Source of the DNA: an uncultured Gemmatimonadaceae bacterium
Lineage (GTDB): Bacteria > Gemmatimonadota > Gemmatimonadetes > Gemmatimonadales > Gemmatimonadaceae
Length of the DNA stretch: 64,000 bases
Direction of reading: 5' to 3'
Assembly (NCBI GenBank): GCA_963740355.1
Contig: CAVUDW010000002.1
Span: 480,001-544,000, forward strand
The notes under the pieces are model-generated. The model did not search any database. It worked only from the letters and a program-made list of their open reading frames with translations, and was not told where the DNA came from. Positions 20,006-29,868 of this stretch are shown piece after piece. Made by a program: the position numbers and the translations under genes. The first letter of the stretch is position 1, and every line of letters begins with the position of its first letter.

Positions 20006-22282
20006 TCAGAACGACATCATCTGCGTGAACTTCACGATGATGCCGCGCCCCGCCACCGGTGCGTCGGGGGTCAGGATCCGCTGATCGTTGTAGACGATGA
20101 ACAGGTCGCTCAACGGGTGATGGATCAGGTTGAAGCGGACGTTGGCATTGAACTGCTTGCTGACCGCATCGTATTGCGACAGCGCGTCGACGAACATGTT
20201 GGTGGTGAACGAATAACTCGTGCGCAGCGTGCTGAGCGTGTTCACGAACCGCAGGTTCGGGTTGTTCAGCGTGGCGGCGGTGCGCTGCATGCCGATCTTC
20301 GCCTTGAAACGATAGCTGGGACGGAACTGGAGCGAGGCTGCGACGGTCTTCTGCGTGCCGTCGTACAGGCCGCCGTAGACGTACTTCGTGTCGACCGAGA
20401 AGAGTCGGCTCTGGTCACTGGTGAAGAGCAGCCAGTTTTCGTTCCAGTTGTAGCCACCGGCGGCAATCGGCGCGGCCATCTTCGCATTCGGCCGGAACGG
20501 TGACGTGAGTTTGTTGAAGATCGGGTTGGCCGACCACTCGAACACTCCACCGTTGTTGAAGAACACCGACATGCCGCTGTGCAGGCTCTTCGACAGCATG
20601 TAGCCGGAGAGGTCGTTGATGTAGGCCCAGCCGATGTGCGGATGCAGTTCACGCACGCCATGTGCACGAAGCCATGGTGAACGAGGGCGCAATCCTGTCT
20701 CGAGCAGGTACTTCCGGGCGCCGACGCGACGGTAGTAGCCCAGGTCATTCTGGAAGCCAGGTCCGAGTTCCATGAGGCCTGTCTTGCCGTGGAAGAACAC
20801 GCCCTCCCAGTTCACCGTCGAACGCCACGCATACTCACCGCTCGTCTTGCCCGGCGTGGATGTCTTCGCGACGTACGAATTCCAGTCGAGGTTTCCGAAC
20901 AGGCGCAGGTTCTTGTCCACGCCGACGATGCGATTGGTGTAGCTCGGCCCCGACGTATGCACATTCTGCATCGCGAAGAATCCGAGATCATTGCCGACGC
21001 GTCCGAGATTCTGCCGGAAGCGCACCACACTCGCGTTCGACGCCGGGTCGCCCGCCGAGGCGCGATCCTGCACACTCAGCACACCAAGGCGCGTCCGTTC
21101 GGTGAGCTTGCCCGTGAGCCGCACGCCGCCGAGGATCGGGATCGCACCACCGCCGGCGGTGAGCCCGATGCGGCGCGAGAAGAAGAGCAGGTTGTCTTCG
21201 TCAGGCGTTGGCACATTGCTGGAACTGCGTCGCGCTGCGTCACCGACGTAGAAGATGCCGGAATTCTCGAGGAAGAAGTCGCGCTTCTCGGGGAAGAACT
21301 GCGAAAACTGCGTCAGGTTCACCTGCTGCTCATCCGCCTCGACCTGGCCGAAGTCCGGATTGACGGTGAGGTCCATCGTGAGGCCGGGTGTGATGGCCGC
21401 CTTGAGGTCAGCGCCAACCGCGATCGAGTTGCCCATCGTCGGCGATGGTGCCGACGTGGTGCCGAGCGCGCGCACGGCGTTGTCGGAGATGTAGGGCTTG
21501 ATGCGCAGGTCGCGACCGGCCTGGCCAGTCTCCAGTCCGACCAACGTGCCGGCCAGCGACACACGATTGAGCGTGAAGGCACGCGGCACAGGCGCCCAGA
21601 ACGAGACTTCGTTGGCGCGCCGGATGTGTCGTGAAAAATTGATGCCCCACACGGCATCGGCGGCCCGGGAGAAACGGAGCGCGCGGAACGGAATGCGCAT
21701 TTCCACGCTCCAGCCATCGGCCTGCTTGTGCGTTCGGACGTCCCACACTGCATCCCAACTGCGATTGACTTCGCGGCCTTCGAGGGCCACCTGCCGGTCG
21801 TGTCGGGCGCCCTCCACATTGGTCGAGAACACATAGCCGTTGCGCCGATCACCGAAGGTGTCGAGCAACACCTCGAAGTCATCTTGCTCCTCCTCGGTGA
21901 AGTCCTTGCGGATGTCGTTCACCACGGCGAGCGAGAGATCGGCGTCGTGCAGGAAGGCGCCGATGTAGAGAAAGTCCTGGTCGTAGACGACGCGCACATC
22001 GGTCGCCTCACTGGCCGGCTGCCCGCTCAGTGGCTCGGCCTGCACGAAGCCCGACGCCACGGGTGCCTTCGACCAGGCATCGTCATCGAGGACACCGTCA
22101 AGTCGAATGGCACCGCTGGCGCGAACGGCGCGAAGCTCAGGGCGGGTACCCGGCGCACGGCGTGGCGCCAGCGGGGAAGCCACCGGCGCATCGGCGGGCG
22201 TAGCTTGGCGCGCCTGACCCGATGCCACGCCAGCGGCGCAGAGGGTCAGTGCGATGAACAGACGGCTTGTGGGCTGACGCAT
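20006..22282 (-). CDS. DUF5916 / CBM9-like domain outer-membrane protein
   Basis: Signal peptide; IRLDGVLDDDAW, GWSVEMRIPFRALRF, DLTVNPDFGQVEAD, FFPEKRDFFLE, FFSRRIG; C-terminal Phe. Confidence 0.85.
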   Translation of the reverse strand: MRQPTSRLFIALTLCAAGVASGQARQATPADAPVASPLAPRRAPGTRPELRAVRASGAIRLDGVLDDDAWSKAPVASGFVQAEPLSGQPASEATDVRVVYDQDFLYIGAFLHDADLSLAVVNDIRKDFTEEEQDDFEVLLDTFGDRRNGYVFSTNVEGARHDRQVALEGREVNRSWDAVWDVRTHKQADGWSVEMRIPFRALRFSRAADAVWGINFSRHIRRANEVSFWAPVPRAFTLNRVSLAGTLVGLETGQAGRDLRIKPYISDNAVRALGTTSAPSPTMGNSIAVGADLKAAITPGLTMDLTVNPDFGQVEADEQQVNLTQFSQFFPEKRDFFLENSGIFYVGDAARRSSSNVPTPDEDNLLFFSRRIGLTAGGGAIPILGGVRLTGKLTERTRLGVLSVQDRASAGDPASNASVVRFRQNLGRVGNDLGFFAMQNVHTSGPSYTNRIVGVDKNLRLFGNLDWNSYVAKTSTPGKTSGEYAWRSTVNWEGVFFHGKTGLMELGPGFQNDLGYYRRVGARKYLLETGLRPRSPWLRAHGVRELHPHIGWAYINDLSGYMLSKSLHSGMSVFFNNGGVFEWSANPIFNKLTSPFRPNAKMAAPIAAGGYNWNENWLLFTSDQSRLFSVDTKYVYGGLYDGTQKTVAASLQFRPSYRFKAKIGMQRTAATLNNPNLRFVNTLSTLRTSYSFTTNMFVDALSQYDAVSKQFNANVRFNLIHHPLSDLFIVYNDQRILTPDAPVAGRGIIVKFTQMMSF

Positions 22283-22341
22283 AGCGGCTCAACGGCGGGA
22301 GGACGCGAATAGTTGAGCCTTGGATATGTCAGGTCAATGCA

Positions 22342-23544
22342 TCACGTCGCTGGCAGAAGTCCCGCGGCGATTCGGTCCACCGACTCGAGCAGCATCAGGG
22401 CACCCCCGCGATCGATGCTGTCTGCCAGCTGAACACGGATCTGGGGCAGCATGTGCACGGCGTCGGCGTGCTGGCCTCGGGCGTACAATAGGGTGGCTTC
22501 GGCGAGTGGTCGCGCAAATGGAGCGCCGATCACGGTGCCAGAGGCCATCGCCAGCTGTTTCTCGGCAGCCTCGATCTCACCGCGGAGCGCGAGTTGTCGC
22601 GCCGCTTCGAGGTGCACGCCTGCGTGGAGTGAGCGGGGAAAGAGCACCACGTTGGCCAGCATCCGCTCGAGGAGCTCCTGCGCCCTCGAGTCCTGACCGA
22701 GGTCCAGCGCTTGCAACTGCGCGAGCTGCCACGCGGTGAACTGAAAAGGCGAGTTGTCGTCCACCTGCAAGGCATCGGCGATCAAGGCACTGTTCCAGTC
22801 TCTCGGTCGGACGCCGGCGAGGCTTTGGCCGATGATCGTCTGGAGCGCGGTGTCGCGCATGGCAGCCGCGCCATTACTCCGCAGACGGAGCAAGCGTGCA
22901 CCGTCACTCAGGTATCCGGACGTTCGCAGCGGAAGGAGCGTGGCGACCATGATCGCGAGTGACGCGCCGCCCGCCGTGAGCGAGGCGAACGTCGCCGCCA
23001 CCCGCAGAAATGGCGTGGTGGGACCAAGCCCCGCTGGGTCAAGCGACCAACACAGCGCGAGGAAGGCAACGCCGGCGAGGAGGCTGGCCAACGGACCGGC
23101 GGCAATCATCACGGCGCTGCGAGCCCGAAGATTGCGCGCATCCGTGGGTGCCGAGCCGGCGAGGCCTCCCCACAGCGCGGCCGACCGATTGAGGTGAAGT
23201 CGCCACCCGCCATCGCCGCGCTCGAGGCGCATTGGCCCGACAACAAGCAGAAATGCACGAAAGCCGACGAGGCGTCCGCCGAGCAGGTGTCCGAGTTCGT
23301 GAGCGAGCAGAATGACGTGCAGCGCAAGAACACAGATGATGGCGAGGAATGCTTGTTCCCACCCGTCGAGCATGAGGTGCCCGCCGCGGCCCGCACCCTG
23401 GCGCTTGATCCAGTGGCCAAGTTGCGCGCCGAACACCGCGCCACCGCCGGCCAAGCCAACGATGCCGAGTAACGCTCCGATGCGCGGCGCGCGGCGCGAC
23501 CGCTCCGCTGGCGTGCCGGCCAACATGCGAGGGCTGTCAGTCAT
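22342..23544 (-). CDS. M50 family (site-2) membrane metallopeptidase
   Basis: HELGH within a TM segment, AAGP, LLP...SDG third-ligand motif, helical C-terminal domain. Confidence 0.85.
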   Translation of the reverse strand: MTDSPRMLAGTPAERSRRAPRIGALLGIVGLAGGGAVFGAQLGHWIKRQGAGRGGHLMLDGWEQAFLAIICVLALHVILLAHELGHLLGGRLVGFRAFLLVVGPMRLERGDGGWRLHLNRSAALWGGLAGSAPTDARNLRARSAVMIAAGPLASLLAGVAFLALCWSLDPAGLGPTTPFLRVAATFASLTAGGASLAIMVATLLPLRTSGYLSDGARLLRLRSNGAAAMRDTALQTIIGQSLAGVRPRDWNSALIADALQVDDNSPFQFTAWQLAQLQALDLGQDSRAQELLERMLANVVLFPRSLHAGVHLEAARQLALRGEIEAAEKQLAMASGTVIGAPFARPLAEATLLYARGQHADAVHMLPQIRVQLADSIDRGGALMLLESVDRIAAGLLPAT

Positions 23545-23669
23545 GGATGGGAAGTCGCGAGTGACGAGGTGCCGTAGCGAGCCGCCGGAAGATGTACGGC
23601 CACACGATAACCTCGGTTTCCAGCTCGCTTGCCCGGCTGTCACGAAGGCATGACGCACGTCATGAATAC

Positions 23670-23708
23670 ACAACGCCCCCCGACGCCTTGCGCGTCGAGG
23701 GGCGTTGT
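23670..23708 (-). terminator. stem-loop / probable terminator of the VPS10-like gene
   Basis: ACAACGCCCCCCGACGC-loop-GCGTCGAGGGGCGTTGT inverted repeat just past the stop at 23726. Confidence 0.65.
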
Positions 23709-23725
23709 ATGCTCCGCGAAGGGCG

Positions 23726-26700
23726 CTACTGCACCACTCGCGGTGCGGTTGGCGCAATCACATGCTGCGTACCCTTGAGCATGTCATTGATCTTGCCGAC
23801 GCGGTCGCGCACGATCGTGTCGAGACGCTTTTGGGCATCGTCCGTCTCGACCACCAATTCGCCGGAGCGCACTTTCTCGCCCTCGGTGATCGGCCACTGC
23901 GGGCGCGAGATCATGCCGCTGATCGTCTGCACTTCCTCGCGCAGACGCGGATATTGACGATACCCAAGGCCCGGCAGCGGCCGTGCCAGGACGGAGTCGC
24001 GGAAGTGACGCAGGTCCTTGATCGTCCCGTCGATCTCGGTCAGGGTCGGCGCCATGTTCGCGTCGCGGGTCGCGCGAAGCGTGGTCTGGACGCCGGTCAG
24101 CTGGCGAAGGAGATCATCCACGCCCGACACCACGCGTGTGACGCGAACCTGCGTGGCCTCGATCGACTTGGCCGCGTCGAACTGCGCCGCGACCTGCGTC
24201 GGCGTCATCTCCACGCGCGGGTCGTTCTGCACCGTGACCGCCTTCGTGTATCGCTTGCCATTGGCGATCAGGGTGACCTGATAGGTGCCCGGCATAACGG
24301 CGACGGCTGCGGGGCCGAAGAAGTTCTCTTCCTCGCCCGCGTCATTGCCCGCCGCGGCGGCTGCACGACGGCGTTCGCGCACACCCTGCAGCGACGTGTC
24401 GGTTGGTGCCGCGCCGGGGGCACCACCCCGATTGGCGCCGCGACCTGGTGCGGCACCGGCGGCGGCCTCGTAGCGTAGGTCCCACGTCACGCGGCTGACA
24501 CCGGCTTCGTCAGGCACGCGTCGGAAACGGCGCACCAGCTTGCCCGCTGCATCGGCGATCTCGATGTTGACCTCATCGGTCGGCTGCGCCTTCAGGTAGT
24601 ACGAGATGATCGCGCCGTTGGGCGGGTTTTCCCCCTTGTAGCTGCGCTGGCCGAGATTGCCGTCGCGGCTCCAGTTGTTCCAGCGAATCGCCGTGCGCAC
24701 ATCGAACAGCTCGGCTTCGTTCGCCATCACCTCGGCCAGCTTCTGCACCGGCGTGAGGTCGTCCATGATGTACAGGCCGCGACCATGTGTGGCGAGCAGC
24801 AGGTCGTTGTCACGCGGATGAATCTGCATGTCACGCACCGGCACGACCGGAAGGTCGCCACGCATCGAGATCCAGTTCGTGCCGCGGTTCCACGACATCC
24901 ACACCCCAGCTTCCGTGCCGACATAGAGCAGGTTGCGATTGCGCGGATCTTCACGCACGACGTGTGTCCACCAGGCGCGGTCCGGCAGGTCGCCGCGGAT
25001 GCTTTTCCACGTCTTGCCGAAGTCGGTCGTCATGTAGACGTACGGCGTGTAATCGTCGTCCTGGTGATGGTCGGCCGTGACATACGCGGTGCCGGCATCG
25101 AAGTGTGAGGCTTCGATCGTGGCCAGCCACGCGTTCGGCTTCAGGCCCGGGACATTGTCGAACGTCTTCGTCCATGTCTTGCCGCCGTCACGGGTGACGT
25201 GCACCAGCCCGTCGTCAGACGACGTCCAGATCACGTTTGCATCCACCGTGGACGGCGCAATCGTGAGCAGCGTCGAGTGGAATTCGGCGGCCGTGTTGTC
25301 GACCACGATCTCACCACCCGATGACTGCTGCTTCTTCGGGTCGTTGGTGGTCAGGTCCGGCGAGATCACTTCCCAGCTCAGGCCGTAGTCCTTCGACTTG
25401 AAGACCACGTTGCCGCCGAAGTAGACGATCGCCGGGTTCTGTGGCGAGAGTGCAATCGGCGAGTTCCAGTTGAAGCGGTACTTGTGGCCGATCATCGCGT
25501 CACCCACCGAGCCGACGCGGTTCGGGTAGGGATAGATCGTCTTCTGCACACCGCTGCGCGTGTCGGTGATGTTCAGCATGCCGCCCTGCGCATCGCTGTA
25601 GATCAACCACGGCTTGTCTATCACGGGAACGGTGAAGAAGCCGTCGCCGCCGGAGACGGTGTACCAGTCGGCCTGGCGGATGCCCTGGCCGGACAACGAA
25701 TTGCTGGCACCGCACCAGTTGCCGTTGTCCTGCAATCCACCGCAGACGCGGTACGGCACCTGCATGTCGTAGTTGATGTGATAGAACTGGGTGAAGGCAA
25801 AGGTGTTCACCACATCCCAGTTCTTGCCGCCATCGCGGCTCACCTGCCAGCCACCATCGCTGCCGCTCAGGATGTAGCGCGGGTCGACGGGGTCGATCCA
25901 CATCGCCTGATGGTCACCATGTACATCGCGTGCGATGGTGCGGAAGTTGGCGCCACCGTCTTCGCTGAAGTAGAGACCACCCGAGAGGGTGAAGACGCGA
26001 TTCGGGTTCTTCGGATCGACGCGGATGTCGGCGTAGTAGAACGGCCGGAAGTTGATGTTCGGGTCACGATTCACCGTGCGCCAGGTGCGACCGGCGTCAT
26101 CGCTGCGCCACAGTTCCCCTTCGTCCTTCGTCTCGCTGAGCACGTACACGATGTTCGGATCACTCGGCGCCACCGCGACACCGATGCGGTCCATCGCCTT
26201 CCGTGGCAGGCCGAGCAGGCGATCGGGGCCGGAGAGGCGCTCCCAGGTCGTGCCGCCGTTCACCGACTTCCAGACGGCGGTGTTGCCCGAACCCGACTCG
26301 AGATGCCAGGCCCAGCGCCGGTAGGTGTACATGCCGGCATAGAGGATGTTGCTGTTGTTCGGATCGGCGGTGATGTCGGAGCAGGACGTCTGCTGGTCGA
26401 CGTAGAGCACCTTCTTCCAGGTTGCGCCGCCATCCGCGGTGCGGAAGACGCCGCGTTCCTCACTCGGGCCCCATTCACGACCAAGAACGCAGGCGTAGAC
26501 GATGTCGGGATTCTGCGCGTCGATGATCAAGCGCGCGATCTTGTCCGACTTCTCGAGGCCGATGTGTGTCCAGTGAGCGCCGCCATCCACCGACTTGTAC
26601 ATGCCGTCGCCCACCGACGCATTGTTGCGCGGATTGCCCTCGCCGGTACCGACGTAGACGATGTTCGGATTGCTCGGTGCAACCGCGATGGCGCCGATCG

Positions 26701-27016
26701 AGCCGGAACTCTGGTCGTCGAAGATCGGCTTGAACGTCGTGCCGCCATTGGTGGTCTTGATGATGCTGCCGTTGGCACCAGCGACGTAGTACGTCAGTGG
26801 ATCACCCGGCACGCCGGTCACGACCGAGATGCGACCGGCATTGTTGGCTGGCCCAACCGAGCGCCATTCCACGCGCTTAAGGAGCGCGGCAGGACTTGGG
26901 CCTGCAGGCGCTGCGCCAGATTGCCTGGCCGGTGGTTGTTGTGCTGCCAGCACGCCAGCGCTGATGGTGGCCAACACGGCGTGACAGACCGCGAAGCGCG
27001 AGGGGAGGCGCGTCAT
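23726..27016 (-). CDS. secreted VPS10/sortilin-like BNR-repeat glycosyl hydrolase
   Basis: Signal peptide; WRSVGPANNAGRI; many Asp-box repeats (S.DGG.TW); NPPNGAIISYYL; PGTYQVTL. Confidence 0.88.
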   Translation of the reverse strand: MTRLPSRFAVCHAVLATISAGVLAAQQPPARQSGAAPAGPSPAALLKRVEWRSVGPANNAGRISVVTGVPGDPLTYYVAGANGSIIKTTNGGTTFKPIFDDQSSGSIGAIAVAPSNPNIVYVGTGEGNPRNNASVGDGMYKSVDGGAHWTHIGLEKSDKIARLIIDAQNPDIVYACVLGREWGPSEERGVFRTADGGATWKKVLYVDQQTSCSDITADPNNSNILYAGMYTYRRWAWHLESGSGNTAVWKSVNGGTTWERLSGPDRLLGLPRKAMDRIGVAVAPSDPNIVYVLSETKDEGELWRSDDAGRTWRTVNRDPNINFRPFYYADIRVDPKNPNRVFTLSGGLYFSEDGGANFRTIARDVHGDHQAMWIDPVDPRYILSGSDGGWQVSRDGGKNWDVVNTFAFTQFYHINYDMQVPYRVCGGLQDNGNWCGASNSLSGQGIRQADWYTVSGGDGFFTVPVIDKPWLIYSDAQGGMLNITDTRSGVQKTIYPYPNRVGSVGDAMIGHKYRFNWNSPIALSPQNPAIVYFGGNVVFKSKDYGLSWEVISPDLTTNDPKKQQSSGGEIVVDNTAAEFHSTLLTIAPSTVDANVIWTSSDDGLVHVTRDGGKTWTKTFDNVPGLKPNAWLATIEASHFDAGTAYVTADHHQDDDYTPYVYMTTDFGKTWKSIRGDLPDRAWWTHVVREDPRNRNLLYVGTEAGVWMSWNRGTNWISMRGDLPVVPVRDMQIHPRDNDLLLATHGRGLYIMDDLTPVQKLAEVMANEAELFDVRTAIRWNNWSRDGNLGQRSYKGENPPNGAIISYYLKAQPTDEVNIEIADAAGKLVRRFRRVPDEAGVSRVTWDLRYEAAAGAAPGRGANRGGAPGAAPTDTSLQGVRERRRAAAAAGNDAGEEENFFGPAAVAVMPGTYQVTLIANGKRYTKAVTVQNDPRVEMTPTQVAAQFDAAKSIEATQVRVTRVVSGVDDLLRQLTGVQTTLRATRDANMAPTLTEIDGTIKDLRHFRDSVLARPLPGLGYRQYPRLREEVQTISGMISRPQWPITEGEKVRSGELVVETDDAQKRLDTIVRDRVGKINDMLKGTQHVIAPTAPRVVQ

Positions 27017-27204
27017 GAGCGGACTCGGGGAGTGGGTGAGCTGTACCGGGCACCAGGACGTCGGCACCACTGACTTATCATGCGTGGAACATCTCCGAGA
27101 CTACGGCGGAGCACGCGTCGATGCTGGCGAGCGCGCCAGGGCGTTTGTGAGGCTGACGGCGGCGTGGGTCTCGTCGCGATTGATATTCATGTAATTTTCA
27201 TGTA

Positions 27205-28473
27205 ATGCTGTTATCTCCCGCATTTCCCCGATTCACCGTTGCGCTGCTGCTGGTTGCGGCGGCCGCGTCTGCGCCGCTCCCGGCCATCGCACTCGAGGCG
27301 CCACGCGCGCGGCGAATTGATCCCTTCGAGCGATGCCTGCAGGCGCTGCGGGGGTCGCGACGTGCACGTGGCATCGCGCCGGCGACGTGGGCGCTGCTGC
27401 GCGGCGTCCGTCCCGATACCGCCGTCCTCGCGCAGCTCAACGCGCAGCCGGAATTCACGCTGCCGATCTGGGACTACGTGGCCGTGATGGCGGACGACGA
27501 ACGTGTACGCGATGGCCAGGAGCGGCTCATCAGGTACCGCGCCATCTTCGACACGGTGGCGATGCGCTACGGGGTCGATGCCGAAACGGTCGCCGCGGTC
27601 TGGGGCATCGAGAGCAACTTCGGCCGCGGCGTCGGGACGTTTCGCGTGCTCCCGTCGCTGGCAACGCTCAGTTGTGCCGGGCGCCGGCAGGCCTACTTCC
27701 GCGGCGAGTTGCTGTCTGCGCTGCGCATCGTGCAAGCCGGACACATTCCTGCCGAGCAGTTCTACGGTTCGTGGGCCGGCGCCTTCGGGCAGACGCAGTT
27801 CATGCCGGGCATCTTCTGGGGCCGGGCTGTGGATTTCGACGGCGATGGCCGCCGTGACCTGATGAGCAATACTGGCGACGCGCTTGCCTCGACCGCCAAC
27901 TACCTGAAGCAGGCTGGGTGGCAGAGGGGTGTACCCTGGGGCATCGAGGTGCGATTGCCGAAGAGCGACAGCGCATCGTTCGATCTTCGCGGCGAAGGGC
28001 GGCGGATTCGGCGCACGCTCGCCGTGTGGGCTGGCCGAGGGCTGGTACGCATCGACGGCACGGCGCTCCTGACCGGCGCCGACTCGACACTCGCTGCAGG
28101 ACTTTTCACTCCGGCGGGACCGACCGGGCCTGCATTTCTGGTGACGTCGAACTTCGAAGCGGTATACCGCTACAATGCTGCGGTCGGCTACACGCTGGCG
28201 ATCCTCCATCTCGCCGATCGAATGCGAGGCGGCGGCCCGATCGTGGCGCCGTGGCCAACGGACGATCTGGGACTTTCGCGGATCGAACGGCGCGAGCTGC
28301 AATCGTTGCTGCTTGCGCGCGGCCACGACATCGGTCCGATCAATGGGTTGCTCACACCACCGGTGCGCGACGCCGTGCGCGCCGAACAGCGCCGGCTTGG
28401 CCAGGTCGTGTCAGGCAGGCCCGGACAGCAACTACTGACAGCACTGCGCGATCCCGCATCTGACCCGCGCTGA
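27205..28473 (+). CDS. lytic murein transglycosylase (MltB/SLT_2 family) with peptidoglycan-binding domain
   Basis: QPEF, AVWGIESNFG (catalytic Glu), GSWAGAFGQTQFMP, EF-hand-like DFDGDGRRD, ASTANYL, YN...Y.LA. Confidence 0.92.
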   Translation: MLLSPAFPRFTVALLLVAAAASAPLPAIALEAPRARRIDPFERCLQALRGSRRARGIAPATWALLRGVRPDTAVLAQLNAQPEFTLPIWDYVAVMADDERVRDGQERLIRYRAIFDTVAMRYGVDAETVAAVWGIESNFGRGVGTFRVLPSLATLSCAGRRQAYFRGELLSALRIVQAGHIPAEQFYGSWAGAFGQTQFMPGIFWGRAVDFDGDGRRDLMSNTGDALASTANYLKQAGWQRGVPWGIEVRLPKSDSASFDLRGEGRRIRRTLAVWAGRGLVRIDGTALLTGADSTLAAGLFTPAGPTGPAFLVTSNFEAVYRYNAAVGYTLAILHLADRMRGGGPIVAPWPTDDLGLSRIERRELQSLLLARGHDIGPINGLLTPPVRDAVRAEQRRLGQVVSGRPGQQLLTALRDPASDPR

Positions 28474-28690
28474 CGCGCATGAAACAGCACGCACGCGGTC
28501 CGGCGCGCTTCGACGCCGAGGCTGCGACGATGTCATACACCTTTTCGCTATCGATTCCGGGCAATCGAAATCGAAACCAACGCCCACGTCGTGCGTGGTG
28601 TACTCGAAGCAACTGACTCCTCTCGCATCGCTGGCGCGCCTCTGGTCGCCGGTTTCGCAGCATACTCCCCTTCGCATCACGGAACTCCCC

Positions 28691-29197
28691 ATGCGCTCAT
28701 CTGTCACGATCGCCACGTCGCTGCTCGCGACGGCGCTGATTGGCTGCTCGTCGAACAAGCCGGCGTCTGCACCCTCACCAGTGCCAGCGTCCGGCAATGC
28801 TGCGGTGGCGCGTGCGGATAGCGGCGCGAGCCGCGACTCTGCCGCCTTGGTCGCGGCTGTCATGAAGGGGACCGCAGGAGCGGTTCCGGCATCGCGCCGC
28901 GACCGCTCGGTGTTGTCGCGTCAGGAAATTCTGGCCACGAACTACACCAATGCCTACGACGTGATTCTCGCCTTGCGCGGCAACTGGCTGCGCACGCGCG
29001 CTGCCGAGAGCTTCGGCAAGTCGTCAGCGGTACAGGTGTATCTCGACACCCAGCGACTGAGCGGTGCGGACGAATTGAAGTCGATGGCACCCACGAATAT
29101 CGCGTCGATCCGATTCTTCGACCCGATCACGGCATCGGCCCGCTGGGGCATGGATCATGGTGCCGGCGCGATCTTCATCGTGACCGCGAAGCCGTAG
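28691..29197 (+). CDS. lipoprotein with stand-alone TonB-receptor plug-like domain
   Basis: Lipobox LIGC; C-terminal VYLD..RL.G.DEL...IASIRFFDPITASARWG...GAGAIFIVT resembles the end of a plug domain, with no barrel following. Confidence 0.7.
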   Translation: MRSSVTIATSLLATALIGCSSNKPASAPSPVPASGNAAVARADSGASRDSAALVAAVMKGTAGAVPASRRDRSVLSRQEILATNYTNAYDVILALRGNWLRTRAAESFGKSSAVQVYLDTQRLSGADELKSMAPTNIASIRFFDPITASARWGMDHGAGAIFIVTAKP

Positions 29198-29329
29198 GCA
29201 TCCTGGCGGGTTCAGGGGCGCGGTGACCTGACCGGGGCGGTATACTCCGCCTCGCAGGTTGCCGCGCCATCCGGACATCAGCTCTTCGAGCACCGACGCG
29301 TGGTGGAATCCCCTCTCGCGGAGCTCTGT

Positions 29330-29794
29330 GTGCGATCAGTGACTGGTAAGGAATGCCTCCTCGCTGCCTGTGCGGTGCTTGTCGTCGCCTGTGCGTCTGG
29401 CGGCGTGAAGTCCGGCACCGTGCCCGCTGCCACGCCTCGCGTGAGCCCTGCTGATGCCGCGCCCACGACGGCCGCCGCGTCGCCCCGGGCGCGGCAGGAT
29501 CAGCAGTTGATCACGCGTGACGTGATCATCGGCACGCAGTACACGAACATGTACGAGGTCGTGCAGGCCATGCGCAGCAACTGGCTGCGCGTCAAGACAT
29601 CCTCGAGTGCCAGCGGCAAGGGTGACGTCCTGCAGGTGTATCTCGATAACCAGCGTATCGGTGGCGTGGACGAGTTGCGCCGCATCGTGCCGTCCAGTGT
29701 CGCGTCGGCGCGCTACTTCGACCCGATCGCGGCGTCGGCGCGCTGGGGCATGGATCACGGGGCCGGCGCGATCTACATCGTCACCTCGCGCTAG
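29330..29794 (+). CDS. lipoprotein with stand-alone plug-like domain (tandem paralog)
   Basis: GGAG before GTG 29330; lipobox VVAC; near-identical C-terminal motif FDPIAASARWGMDHGAGAIYIVT. Confidence 0.7.
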   Translation: MRSVTGKECLLAACAVLVVACASGGVKSGTVPAATPRVSPADAAPTTAAASPRARQDQQLITRDVIIGTQYTNMYEVVQAMRSNWLRVKTSSSASGKGDVLQVYLDNQRIGGVDELRRIVPSSVASARYFDPIAASARWGMDHGAGAIYIVTSR

Positions 29795-29868
29795 CGACGC
29801 CTGTCCGCCAGTCAATCGTCTGCACGTACCGGGTCGCGTGACGGCGGTTCGCATGTCACTTTTGGCGC

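Noticed and set aside
25484..27073. Long alternative ORFs such as 25484..27073 (+), 36026..37639 (+), 41573..42838 (-) and 4904..6100 (-)
   Set aside because: They are antisense to well-supported genes; long shadow ORFs are expected at this GC content and they show no motifs.
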